Below the pieces are notes generated by a model. That model did not search any database and was not told the origin of the DNA. It saw only the letters and a program-made list of their open reading frames with translations. Both the position numbers and the translations under genes were made by a program. Positions 20,300 to 30,124 of a stretch of DNA of 64,000 nucleotides are shown one piece after another. Origin of the DNA: a virus; IMG/VR virus record IMGVR_UViG_3300037851_000359, positions 72,759 through 136,758 of that record, one strand, 5' to 3'. How positions within the stretch are numbered: the first letter of the stretch is position 1; the number at the start of each line of letters is the position of its first letter.

Positions 20300-22096
20300 A
20301 TCTGTATCTTGATATATCATAACGCCATCATTAATATTTTTTGCATTATATGATTTTCCAATATTTGACAATTCCCAATTATTTTTAAAATAATTATCCA
20401 AAGCATCCCCTGATGCTACAATAGCTTGCTGTCCCGTTGAGGTTACGGCTAAAGCATTATCAATGTCAAACAATCTACTAAATTTTGACCCGACATAACC
20501 ATACACAGAATTAATTAATATTTTATAATTTTTCTGTAATAATTTATGAAGATTTTCATTTACATGATCCCCACTATCATGGCATTCAAATTGTTTTTTC
20601 TTATGATATTTTCTCTTCTCAAACCATTCTTTAACGAATTTAGGAACAATTCCAGTTTTTGATTGATCATAAACAGCACCATTAGTTGCAATTGAATATT
20701 TATTAGTTTTAATTAAATCAATTATATTTTTAACAGTATTTCCTAAATTATCAGCAATTTTATTTTCATTTTCTTCAGATAAGGTTTCACCATTTAATGC
20801 TTTCATGATATAAGGCACTATAAAATCAAAACATTTTCTAACTTTAGTTTCTGGAGATATATTATGCATCATCATAATTGATGGATATAGAGAGGCAGCA
20901 TCATATGACACTACCCAATCATGGCATCCCAAAACGGGATCACGAACGAAAGCCCCCTCATATTCACCTTCTGCGGATCTATCGCAATCAGGCAAAATAA
21001 TATGATCCAAGTATAATTTGGATAAAAAAGCTCCGTCTAGAACTTTTGTAGTTTTTTCAAAATTTTCAAATTGTACTAAGCATCCATAAGATATAGATGC
21101 CAATAATTGCAAGAATCCATTTTTAATTTCTATTAAATTTAAAAGATTAACGTCTTGAATGTTATATTCGCAATATCGTTGCCAATCATTGTTATATAAA
21201 TCTTTTAACGACCCTTCATATTCTAATTTAGCCCCCACCTTTTCAACTTTTGATGCTATATAATCCAGTTTAAATGAAGGTTGTTCTTTTTGTGTATATT
21301 TTTTATATAAATCAATATATTCAATAATATTAATTCCAACAATTTCATAAATTTTAGTTTCTTTTACATTACCTTTTCCAAATTTAACTTGCTTAATACG
21401 TTCTCTAATATAACCTATTGGCGATAGCTTATTAACCATATTTTCGCTTAATAATTGTTTAGCTCTATTAATGATATAAGGAATATCGAATCGTGTTATA
21501 TTCCATCCAGTTATAATGTCAGGATGTTGATTATTAATTACTGTTATAAACTTTTTTAGTAATGCTTCTTCGGTTCTACAAATAAATATTTCATCATTCG
21601 ATGTTAATAATGGCCGACCTTTAATATCTTTTATATTAGTATCGAATTCTTTTTCTGCAAAAACAAAATATTTTTTTTGCTTTGTTGAATATATGGTAAT
21701 AATGGTTATAGGATGTTTTGCTTCTTCAGCATTAGGGAATCCAACTTCTGAATGGACCTCAATATCAATGAAAAATATATCAAGAACAGGTGGTTTAAAT
21801 GGCATTCCAGCCCATTTTTGCATTATATATTTTGTTTCAATATCAACATCAGATTCAAACATTTTTCTATTTGCTTCTTGATACATTTCTCGGGTTTCTT
21901 TATATTTACCCCAAGAATCAAATTCCATTTTTCGGACATAATCACCGAAAATACTTTTATAATCAGTTTTTGAATCTGATTTTACATAAAAATATAGGGG
22001 GGCATCATCCTTGACATGAATTTTTTCCCCCCGATCATTATATTCCCAAGAATGAATCTTATTTGATGATCGTGAAAAATAGATATAAGAAAACAT
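19931..22096 (-). CDS. gp43: B-family DNA polymerase N-terminal half (exonuclease, palm, fingers) ending in the split-intein N-fragment
   Basis: ExoI DIEV, GWNITRFDIPY, YNIQDV; motif A YDAASLYPS; motif B KILINSVYG; motif C YQDTD followed by intein sequence. Confidence 0.95.
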   Translation of the reverse strand: MFSYIYFSRSSNKIHSWEYNDRGEKIHVKDDAPLYFYVKSDSKTDYKSIFGDYVRKMEFDSWGKYKETREMYQEANRKMFESDVDIETKYIMQKWAGMPFKPPVLDIFFIDIEVHSEVGFPNAEEAKHPITIITIYSTKQKKYFVFAEKEFDTNIKDIKGRPLLTSNDEIFICRTEEALLKKFITVINNQHPDIITGWNITRFDIPYIINRAKQLLSENMVNKLSPIGYIRERIKQVKFGKGNVKETKIYEIVGINIIEYIDLYKKYTQKEQPSFKLDYIASKVEKVGAKLEYEGSLKDLYNNDWQRYCEYNIQDVNLLNLIEIKNGFLQLLASISYGCLVQFENFEKTTKVLDGAFLSKLYLDHIILPDCDRSAEGEYEGAFVRDPVLGCHDWVVSYDAASLYPSIMMMHNISPETKVRKCFDFIVPYIMKALNGETLSEENENKIADNLGNTVKNIIDLIKTNKYSIATNGAVYDQSKTGIVPKFVKEWFEKRKYHKKKQFECHDSGDHVNENLHKLLQKNYKILINSVYGYVGSKFSRLFDIDNALAVTSTGQQAIVASGDALDNYFKNNWELSNIGKSYNAKNINDGVMIYQDTDSIAGGSIVTLEDGKKLQIKELFNVLGNENFDTYHIDSNGREYIIPDKLTLPYYDEESKIIKYGKVEFIERHFVKKKMYRIKTKSGKYIDVTEDHSCMILVNDILKQKTPKEITPGDKIICIK

Positions 22097-22104
22097 GATT
22101 ACTA

Positions 22105-22557
22105 TTATACTCCGGTTGATCCAAATCCGTTGGTCCCACGTTCAACATTATTAGGTTCATGATTAATAGGGGTCAACACAATTTTTGGAAGTTTATTGAA
22201 AACCATTTGAGCTATTCTATCTCCAATTTTAACGACAAAATCAGTATTTCCATTATTAAATAAAATAACTTGAATATACCCGGTATAAGTGCAATCAATC
22301 GTACCAGGAGAATTTAAAACAAATACTTGATTTTTTGCTGCAAGACCGGATCGTGAACGAATTTGACACTCCCATCCTAATGGCATCTGTAATTTAATGC
22401 CAGTATTAATTACCATTGAAGATTTTGGCTTTATTATGCCTTCTATTGCCGAATGAATATCCCATCCAGCATCAGAACTATATTTTTGATAAGGGGCCTT
22501 TGCTTCTGGAAATATTATTGAATCAATATAAAAGCCTATCTCTGTTATTTCTTGCAT
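22105..22557 (-). CDS. dut: trimeric dUTPase
   Basis: AGWDI, RSRSGLA, GTIDCTYTG, GDRIAQ, RGTNGFGSTG. Confidence 0.96.
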   Translation of the reverse strand: MQEITEIGFYIDSIIFPEAKAPYQKYSSDAGWDIHSAIEGIIKPKSSMVINTGIKLQMPLGWECQIRSRSGLAAKNQVFVLNSPGTIDCTYTGYIQVILFNNGNTDFVVKIGDRIAQMVFNKLPKIVLTPINHEPNNVERGTNGFGSTGV

Positions 22558-22578
22558 ATATTATTTTCCTTAAATATT

Positions 22579-22920
22579 TCAATTTGGTTGTTCGGTGATT
22601 TCAGGATTTATACCTTTAAGTTCCTGAGAGGTTGCGGTTGGTTTGTCATTCTTTTCTGAATAAAACATATCAACACCAGTATACATGGCTATTTGCTGGG
22701 TAATACCAAATGCAGACATACCTTGACGCTTTAAGCATTCAATAAACTTTTCTGAGTCTAATGGACCACATAACGAGGGTGCCCCGCGACCAGTACCATT
22801 TCTCCGGTATTCCCGTATATCACAATCAACTTCGCTATCATCCCAAACTACGATCTTTATCATATAAGCCTTCTTTGGCTTTTCTTCTTTTATCTGCTCG
22901 GCATCTTCGTGTTTTCCCAT
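22579..22920 (-). CDS. hypothetical protein (start moved to ATG 22920)
   Basis: A GGAGG RBS precedes MGKHED; the TTG start in the ORF track lies within a promoter -35 box. Confidence 0.6.
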   Translation of the reverse strand: MGKHEDAEQIKEEKPKKAYMIKIVVWDDSEVDCDIREYRRNGTGRGAPSLCGPLDSEKFIECLKRQGMSAFGITQQIAMYTGVDMFYSEKNDKPTATSQELKGINPEITEQPN

Positions 22921-22958
22921 ATATCCTCCATGGTTAGGGTTATTGGTTGGGATTATCA

Positions 22959-22986
22959 ATTCTAAGTCATTATTTATTAATGTCAA
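22959..22986 (-). promoter_or_regulatory. sigma70-like promoter, TTGACA-N16-TAGAAT, heading the dut/polymerase operon
   Basis: Read directly. Confidence 0.6.
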
Positions 22987-23025
22987 GGCATGATTAAAAC
23001 TTGAGGTTGTTTGTTATAATAAATT

Positions 23026-23424
23026 ATGAAAAAATGCAAAAAATGCGGAAAACCTATCACAAAAAGAACGGTATGTGAATCTTGCCGAAAAAAACATAAC
23101 AGAGAGTTAAAAAGAGATTTTATTTTTAATATAACAGGAAATAAATGTTGGTTATGCGGATATAATAAAGAACAATTTACTAAATTCCTATTATCATTCC
23201 ATCATATGGAAAATAAAGAATTTTCAATAGCATTATCTAATAGTTTGAGACGACGAAATTTTTCAAAAATAATTAGAGAAATTAAAAAATGTATCTTGGT
23301 TTGTCATAACTGCCATGCGGAAATTCATAATACAAATTTAATAAATCAAAATAAAATTTTAAAAATATATAAACAAAAATGGAAACAAATTATTAAACGA
23401 TTTCCAGAATTAGAAAGTTTCTAA
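23026..23424 (+). CDS. HNH-type endonuclease with Zn-finger motifs
   Basis: CKKC...CESC, CWLCGY, LSFHH and KCILVCHNCHAEIH. Confidence 0.8.
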   Translation: MKKCKKCGKPITKRTVCESCRKKHNRELKRDFIFNITGNKCWLCGYNKEQFTKFLLSFHHMENKEFSIALSNSLRRRNFSKIIREIKKCILVCHNCHAEIHNTNLINQNKILKIYKQKWKQIIKRFPELESF

Positions 23425-23727
23425 CGAAACATTTCCATTCTTTTTATCGTTTCTCAATTGTTTTCTTAATAATATTTCATTAATTATTTTTTTACGTTTT
23501 AATTCTGGTATTGATCTAATTATTTGAGCGATTTGAATAAAGCAATAAGATGATTTTTCGTATTTTTCTTTTTTCAATTTATCTTGACCTTCCGATAATA
23601 ATTTCATAACGGCATCAATACAATCGTCTTCAGACCAATTTTTTGGAACTTTAAAATACGCCATAAAATCCCCTTCAATTATATTTATAATAAGAAGATC
23701 AAGAATAAACTTTTTTATATAATTCAA
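23410..23727 (-). CDS. hypothetical protein
   Basis: ORF; probable start at MAYFKV after GAAGGGG. Confidence 0.5.
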   Translation of the reverse strand: MNYIKKFILDLLIINIIEGDFMAYFKVPKNWSEDDCIDAVMKLLSEGQDKLKKEKYEKSSYCFIQIAQIIRSIPELKRKKIINEILLRKQLRNDKKNGNVSLETF

Positions 23728-24736
23728 TATTTTCTGGATTTTCTAACCATCGTGTTGATACATAATCATGTTGTTTATTAATAACTTCATAATATTTTTC
23801 TTCATTTCCCAATAAATCTTTAATCGCATTATACCAATCATCAATAGTATTATTTACGGTATAGGCCTTAGCCTGATCATATGGCCCAATACCATTTCCA
23901 ATAGATGAACAAATTGATGGGATATTCATAGCGGCATATTCCAGATATTTTAAATCTGATTTCGCATAATTAAATAATGAATCTCTAATAGGAGCAATTG
24001 CTAAATCTGCCTTTATACTCTGCATCATTCTTGGATATTCATAGAAATTAGTCCAATTCATAAATGATATTTTACCATTATTCTTTAAATGATCCAATTT
24101 AGGTGGGCAGCATCCAACGAATAACCATTCAAATTCATCTACAGTTTTTTCTATTAATGGCAATAAAAATTCCAAATCACCACCTGGACCAACATGTGAA
24201 GCAGACCCAGCCCATAAAATAACAGGTTTTGATTTATATGGTTTTTTATCAACACTAAAATCTGGATTCCATAAAAATTTTGGTACGAAATTTGGAACAA
24301 CTACAGAATTAGTGATATTAAATTCTTTTTCATAAAAATGTTTTAAAAATTTTGTTGAAAATGTTACAAGATTCATCATTTTCATAATATCAATAACATT
24401 TTGGCGACGAGTTTTGGTATAAAATTGATAAGCCATTATATTATGTGGTTCAATTCCATGAACAATATCATCCAATTCATACACCAATTCACATTTTGAT
24501 TTAATAGAATCAATACATCGTCTATATTCTATGATACAACGTTTTTGTTTATCTGTGCATTGTCTTTGAAATCGAATTTTATTACTGGTATTAATTAAAT
24601 TTAAATCAAATACAAACTGAAACACTAAATTAATATTCCAATTTTCCATAACAGCAGAACAATAACCAAGTGGTACAATTGTTCTATAAAATCCACAACC
24701 ATTTTTATCAGATGGAAAACATAAAATGTTATTCAT
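23699..24736 (-). CDS. GT-B fold (GT4-like) glycosyltransferase
   Basis: GCGFYRT, YELDD, VTFSTKFL, VVPN, WAGSASH, DLAIAP...FNYAKSDLKYLEYA. Confidence 0.85.
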   Translation of the reverse strand: MNNILCFPSDKNGCGFYRTIVPLGYCSAVMENWNINLVFQFVFDLNLINTSNKIRFQRQCTDKQKRCIIEYRRCIDSIKSKCELVYELDDIVHGIEPHNIMAYQFYTKTRRQNVIDIMKMMNLVTFSTKFLKHFYEKEFNITNSVVVPNFVPKFLWNPDFSVDKKPYKSKPVILWAGSASHVGPGGDLEFLLPLIEKTVDEFEWLFVGCCPPKLDHLKNNGKISFMNWTNFYEYPRMMQSIKADLAIAPIRDSLFNYAKSDLKYLEYAAMNIPSICSSIGNGIGPYDQAKAYTVNNTIDDWYNAIKDLLGNEEKYYEVINKQHDYVSTRWLENPENIELYKKVYS

Positions 24737-24844
24737 ATTTAATCCTTTTAGATTATTATAACAATCATTTAAAAATTTTATTTATGTATTTATATTTAAA
24801 AATTATACTTATTATTTATAATATTATAAATAGGAGACATTTAT

Positions 24845-25507
24845 ATGTTCAATGATAAAACATTATTTAATAATTCAGGAGTTAAAAAAGAAAGAAAACG
24901 TGGAAAAGGTGTATCAAAACCCATTAAAAAAATACATGTAGATAATAAAGAATTACGAGAAGAATTAACAAAATTTAGACATACAGTTTTAGAACAAAGG
25001 GCCAATAAAGAACAAAAATTAAAAGCATTAAAAACGGATTTATCAAAATTAGAAAAAAATTATAAAACCTATAAAAAATTAATAAGACCAAGAAAAGAAG
25101 TTATTGAAAAATATTTAAATGATATTCGATCATTAAACGAACAACTAGAACAAGTCAGGGATCAAGAATGCAATGGACAAGCATCAGAACGGTTAGGGGA
25201 ATTATTTTTACAATTAGTCGATAATTTTGCAACAAAAACAAACTTTTCAAATTATCCATATTTAGAAGAAATGAAATCCCGCGCTATATTCTTCCTGCTA
25301 AAATATAGCCACTCTTACGACATAAATAAACTTAATTCTGTTGGACAAATACCTTCTGCCTTCTGTTATTGCACACAAATAGTCCATAATGCATTTAGAC
25401 AAGTTATCAAAAAAGAAAAGAAAAAATTAGCATCTAAAAAAGAATTTATTGATGATTATTTCCAAAATAATCATTTTAATAGAAAATCTGAAAACCTTAT
25501 GGGATGA
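24845..25507 (+). CDS. gp55: late-transcription sigma factor (gp55-like)
   Basis: HVDNKEL, LGELF, NFSNYPYLEEM and AFCYCTQIVHNAFRQVIKKEKK match gp55 conserved blocks. Confidence 0.9.
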   Translation: MFNDKTLFNNSGVKKERKRGKGVSKPIKKIHVDNKELREELTKFRHTVLEQRANKEQKLKALKTDLSKLEKNYKTYKKLIRPRKEVIEKYLNDIRSLNEQLEQVRDQECNGQASERLGELFLQLVDNFATKTNFSNYPYLEEMKSRAIFFLLKYSHSYDINKLNSVGQIPSAFCYCTQIVHNAFRQVIKKEKKKLASKKEFIDDYFQNNHFNRKSENLMG

Positions 25508-27497
25508 TTGACTTAAAAATACTTTGTAATGTATTATTTTTAATATTATTTAATAATAATTTTGCTTTATCTATATTCTTTATATTAATGTTATATATAA
25601 TCAATGATATATAATCATAATCATTTTCACATTTATAAGAATCATAAATAGTATTTATTTGAATGTCAGTTAAATCATCCCATTGAACAGAAGTTTTAAT
25701 TGTGGCTTTTTCAATTTTAACTGATATTATTATTTCTGTATCATTAACTGATGATAATATGCCTGTTATAATACCTCTATTATTAGTATCGAATGATACT
25801 TCGGAACTCAATTTAAAATAATTCAATTTATATTGTTTTAATTTTTCATAATTAATAACAATTTCTTTAAAATTATTTTTTACAATTTCATTATCTGGAT
25901 AATTCATAATTGTATTATCTATTATAGTATTACACGTTTGAACGTTTAAAGAAAGTAATACAGGCATTATTTTAGAAATAAAATTATTCAATTCAATAGT
26001 TTTAAGATGAATCTCATTATTTTTAATTGTTTGTAAATTATATTTAATATTATCTATAAGTCCTTTATTTTCTTCCATTTTCGATATATATTTAATATCA
26101 TCAATTAATTTTAAATTATTTTCTATAATAGAAATGTTTTTACTTGTTTTGCAAGTATCAATTAAATTGTTAAAATATTTATTAAAATGGTCATCAACTA
26201 TTTTGATATAAGATTCTAATGTATCTTTGATATAATCATTCATATTTTTATTAATAACTGCAATAGCAGCATCATAATCATGAATATTCAAAAAATTATT
26301 GAGATTATCTGTAATGATTTTATGAGAGTCTTTAATAAATTTTTGTTTATTTAATTCATTATCAGTAAGTTCTTTAATTATATTTGGTAGGATTGAAGAA
26401 TGTTCATTATATTTTTTAGCAATCAATAATAATTCATTAATTTTATTAAATTTTATTGGGTTATTAGTTTTAAATATAATGGCGTGTTGAAATAATACTT
26501 CATTATTATCATTTTTTTCAGTATTCTCTATTAGTTGAGGAACAACTTCAACAACCGGGATTGAATGTGATAAATAAAATTGTATATAACCAATAATCAT
26601 CAAAAGACTTATAATTATTACCCACAATGATAAGAGATAATAATTAAAATTCTTTTTTATTTTTTTATAAGGCAAAAAAATTGTTTTAGAATCTATTTTA
26701 TCTAAATCATCATATAAATCTTGTCCTGATTGATATCTATCATCAGGATTTTTTTGTAATAATTTAATAATAATATTATTAATATTTTTTGATAATTTAG
26801 GGTTATGATCTGTAAGATTTTTAGGCAATTCCGTAACATGTTTAACTAATAAAGCAGATGCTATTTCTGAATCAAAAACCGGGACACCAGTTAGCAATAA
26901 ATAGAAGGTTGCTCCCAAACTATATAAATCTGATCTGCCATCAAGTTTTTGTCCTGACGCTTGTTCAGGAGAAACATAGGCTGGTGTGCCCAAGAATTTA
27001 CCTTCTAAGGTAATATCAGAATCCCCATTTAATGATCTTGCTAGTCCCAGGTCTGCTAATTTTGGATTGTCGAAATGATCTAAAATAATATTTTCTGGTT
27101 TAATATCACGATGGATAATATCTTTTGAATGAATAAAATGTAATCCTATAGCCAATTTTTTAAGATATTCAATAGCAACAATTTCAGGAATTGGACCAGT
27201 ATCTTTAAATACTTGTTTTAATGTTTTTCCAGAAACATACTCCATTGAAAAATAGTAATAAGGATCAGAAAATCCGCAATCATATACAGATACTATATAA
27301 GGATGATTAATTTTCCCCGCAGATTTAGATTCTCGTAAAAAACGTTTAACGAATTGTTCATCTTTTGAAAATTTTGGAGGAAGTATTTTTAATGCTACAA
27401 AACGATCCAATGATAATTGTTTGGCTTTAAAGACGGCACCCATACCGCCTTGGCCTAGTTTTTCGATAATTTTATAGCCTGGGATAGTTAAATGCAT
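25497..27497 (-). CDS. membrane-anchored Hanks-type Ser/Thr protein kinase (start probably ATG 27497)
   Basis: GQGGMG, VALK, HRDIKPEN, DLG, GTPAYVSPEQ, DLYSLG; TM helix YYLLSLWVIIISLLMIIGYI; long C-terminal region. Confidence 0.95.
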   Translation of the reverse strand: MHLTIPGYKIIEKLGQGGMGAVFKAKQLSLDRFVALKILPPKFSKDEQFVKRFLRESKSAGKINHPYIVSVYDCGFSDPYYYFSMEYVSGKTLKQVFKDTGPIPEIVAIEYLKKLAIGLHFIHSKDIIHRDIKPENIILDHFDNPKLADLGLARSLNGDSDITLEGKFLGTPAYVSPEQASGQKLDGRSDLYSLGATFYLLLTGVPVFDSEIASALLVKHVTELPKNLTDHNPKLSKNINNIIIKLLQKNPDDRYQSGQDLYDDLDKIDSKTIFLPYKKIKKNFNYYLLSLWVIIISLLMIIGYIQFYLSHSIPVVEVVPQLIENTEKNDNNEVLFQHAIIFKTNNPIKFNKINELLLIAKKYNEHSSILPNIIKELTDNELNKQKFIKDSHKIITDNLNNFLNIHDYDAAIAVINKNMNDYIKDTLESYIKIVDDHFNKYFNNLIDTCKTSKNISIIENNLKLIDDIKYISKMEENKGLIDNIKYNLQTIKNNEIHLKTIELNNFISKIMPVLLSLNVQTCNTIIDNTIMNYPDNEIVKNNFKEIVINYEKLKQYKLNYFKLSSEVSFDTNNRGIITGILSSVNDTEIIISVKIEKATIKTSVQWDDLTDIQINTIYDSYKCENDYDYISLIIYNINIKNIDKAKLLLNNIKNNTLQSIFKSIIP

Positions 27498-27504
27498 AGC
27501 CAAT

Positions 27505-27532
27505 ATAATACAAGCAAAAACACCATTGTCAA
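27505..27532 (-). promoter_or_regulatory. sigma70-like promoter, TTGACA-N16-TATTAT, probably giving a leaderless kinase mRNA
   Basis: The -10 ends 7 nt before ATG 27497; no RBS. Confidence 0.55.
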
Positions 27533-27568
27533 CAATTTATGTAAGTATATTGATATAAATAATTTATA

Positions 27569-29581
27569 TCATTTTTTAATTTTTCTTAATAATTGATTTG
27601 ACAATTTTTTCATTTGTTCTAAGATAAGATTTTCATCCAAAGGTTTTTGGCGATGTTCGTATTTTTTTGTTGAGCAAGAATAAAAGTTTTCAGATAAGAA
27701 TTTAGCGCATTCTTTTAATGTTGCATAAGGTCCGATTGCCTTTTTTCTTGCACTATTTCGGTCGCACATTGAGCAACCTTCGGATTCATTTAAAGGATCA
27801 ATTTGATTTTCTATTTTTTCTGCAATCAAATGACGATTTAAATTTGGGGCAGATTCATTTAATACTAACGGAACATCAACTTTAAACATTTCATTTAATC
27901 TTGATTTAGTGGTTCCAATTCTTGAATAAACTGGAGCGATACCTTGGGTGGCATTAATAGCTTGGTTTGTCGTACCGTCCGCAACTCCTGGCCCAGCTAC
28001 AGATGCAGTTCCGCCTTCTTCAGTAATTGGGTCTAATGATTTGGAAGCGTCTTGTATTGCATCTTCTTCAGAATCAAAGGGTTGTGAGGTTTTGATAGGA
28101 TTTCCATTATCATCTAATTTTTTCCATCCAAATTTTCCTGATTCAAGTTGATATACAGAAATATTATTATTTATTAACATTGATTTTGGATCATTGGTGT
28201 CTTCTGCTAAAACAGGAGGATAATCAGCTTTCCATAATTCCATCATCCGTTCGACTTCAATTGGATTTGTAAATAATTGCCAAACATCCCCATATTGATC
28301 TTTGACTGTATCAGAGGGGGTATATTCAGGTCCAAATATTTCAGGATTGACATATACGCCTTCTTTTCTTATTTTAATAAGACCATCTTTTTCCATATCA
28401 ACAAACATTTTATGAACATCTTTAACTCTCTTGTCTAAATAATTCTGTTCTGCTTGATCTATTTCATCATGATTAGTAGGATCATCATCTATTAATTCCT
28501 CTTCATTTTCATCCCTAACCTGATTAATAGATTTAGGGGGAGTAATATCATCCATAGAAATAAATTTTTGTCTCACTTCTTCTAACGCTTCCATTTCTGA
28601 TTCAAATGGGATTGATGATTGATTAATTATATCATCAGTTGCTCCGTATTGAAACCATCCCCATTTTCCAAGATTATTTTGTTTAATTGAAATCTTTTTT
28701 TCAATTAATTGTTTTTCATCATCTTCTGTAATAACACCTTTTGGTTTAAATGAAGTATCATCAGCATCCAAATTATCATAATGATTATCTAAATCATTAT
28801 AATTAACATCATCAGATTCTACATCAGGATTAAAATGTATAGGGGTTTTATTTATATTTTCTAAATCTTCTAAAAGATTTTTAAAATGTTTTCTTAATAA
28901 GTCGAAATTATCTTGTTTAACATCTTCATGTGATTCAGAGGCAACCTTAACATTATTTTGTTTATATTTATCAAACATTTTTGGGTCCATAGTTGTTTGA
29001 CATTCTGAAACTTGACAAACTTTAGGATCAGCTTTAAAATTCAATCCTTTTTCTTCCCATTGTGATTCATTATCAGCTTGAGCTACGAATTGATCTGCTG
29101 CTAATTTATCATCAAATGGTCCATGTTTAATATTGGGATCTTTTGTAGAAACCACATAGAATCCTAAATCATCTTCTATGATTTTCCATTCTCCATCTTC
29201 CATTAATGGTTGATTTGCAATTTTTTGTTGCTGTTGTTGAGAATTTTTAAATCCTTTAGCTTGCAATTTAGAAATTTCTTCTTCTTTTTTAGCTATATCC
29301 TGTTTTAATTGAGCAATTTTTTGAGCAATATTCGGATCAATAGCAATATCTTCTTTTAAATCTTTAGGAGTATTAAATGTTTCTTTGATGCTCTTATCAG
29401 GGGTTTCTTTAACTTCTTTAATATCATGAGTTTGTTTAAGAGGTTTTTCTTTAGGAGTATCAAATACAACATCTTCTTTTAATACTCTTTTAACATATCC
29501 ATACCCTTCAAGAGTAACATATTTAGAATTTTTATTATCATCTTTGACATTAAACCATTGATTTTGATATTTAGCTTTCAT
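27569..29581 (-). CDS. acidic putative internal head protein carrying an MCP-like N-arm segment
   Basis: Late promoters upstream, many (L/I)-x-E sites, and a 28-aa segment 23/28 identical to MCP residues 46-73. Confidence 0.6.
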   Translation of the reverse strand: MKAKYQNQWFNVKDDNKNSKYVTLEGYGYVKRVLKEDVVFDTPKEKPLKQTHDIKEVKETPDKSIKETFNTPKDLKEDIAIDPNIAQKIAQLKQDIAKKEEEISKLQAKGFKNSQQQQQKIANQPLMEDGEWKIIEDDLGFYVVSTKDPNIKHGPFDDKLAADQFVAQADNESQWEEKGLNFKADPKVCQVSECQTTMDPKMFDKYKQNNVKVASESHEDVKQDNFDLLRKHFKNLLEDLENINKTPIHFNPDVESDDVNYNDLDNHYDNLDADDTSFKPKGVITEDDEKQLIEKKISIKQNNLGKWGWFQYGATDDIINQSSIPFESEMEALEEVRQKFISMDDITPPKSINQVRDENEEELIDDDPTNHDEIDQAEQNYLDKRVKDVHKMFVDMEKDGLIKIRKEGVYVNPEIFGPEYTPSDTVKDQYGDVWQLFTNPIEVERMMELWKADYPPVLAEDTNDPKSMLINNNISVYQLESGKFGWKKLDDNGNPIKTSQPFDSEEDAIQDASKSLDPITEEGGTASVAGPGVADGTTNQAINATQGIAPVYSRIGTTKSRLNEMFKVDVPLVLNESAPNLNRHLIAEKIENQIDPLNESEGCSMCDRNSARKKAIGPYATLKECAKFLSENFYSCSTKKYEHRQKPLDENLILEQMKKLSNQLLRKIKK

Positions 29582-29604
29582 TTTTTATCCTTTTTGGGAA
29601 GTTC

Positions 29605-29618
29605 TATTTATATTTATA
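29605..29618 (-). promoter_or_regulatory. two overlapping T4-type late promoters (TATAAATA)
   Basis: TATTTATA at 29605 and 29611 on the + strand; a gp55 homologue is present. Confidence 0.55.
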
Positions 29619-29624
29619 TTTTTA

Positions 29625-30104
29625 TTATAAAATTTTAAATATTACTTCATGCATATTATCGCCACTCCAATCCCATTCGGAATCTCTAATCATTTTTATT
29701 TTTTGTTTCTTTTTAATAATAATCAACAATCTATAACTTGTCGTTTCTCTTAAATCAGCTTTAACAATCCAGCCTGTATATTTTGAAAATATTTCTTCGA
29801 CTTTTTTAATTAATGTACTACCGAAATTTCCAGCCATATCAACGACTTCGATAGTTTTTTTATTTGGAAATTCAGATATAAGAATATACCATTCTTTATT
29901 ATCGTCAATATGAATTTTTATATCTTTACTATTATAATTTTCTACATAATCTTTTATATCATCAATAGATTCCATGTCCTGAAAGAACCACATATCTGAA
30001 TTATTATAAAATTTTCTTTCTAATTGTTTTACTAATTCAATTTCATCAATTCGTAAATTGTCTACAGTTACCAGTTTTTCAAAAATTGTATTAATATTTG
30101 ACAT
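29625..30104 (-). CDS. hypothetical protein (possibly degenerate GNAT-like; late promoter upstream)
   Basis: TATAAATA at 30122-30129; N-terminus MSNINTIFE. Confidence 0.55.
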   Translation of the reverse strand: MSNINTIFEKLVTVDNLRIDEIELVKQLERKFYNNSDMWFFQDMESIDDIKDYVENYNSKDIKIHIDDNKEWYILISEFPNKKTIEVVDMAGNFGSTLIKKVEEIFSKYTGWIVKADLRETTSYRLLIIIKKKQKIKMIRDSEWDWSGDNMHEVIFKIL

Positions 30105-30124
30105 ATAATTCCTTTAATATATAT

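Noticed and set aside
17792-22096. Polymerase as a pseudogene, frameshift or group I intron-split gene
   Set aside because: Both halves are intact with complementary intein blocks exactly at the junction, and the gaps (1 and 53 nt) leave no room for a ribozyme core.
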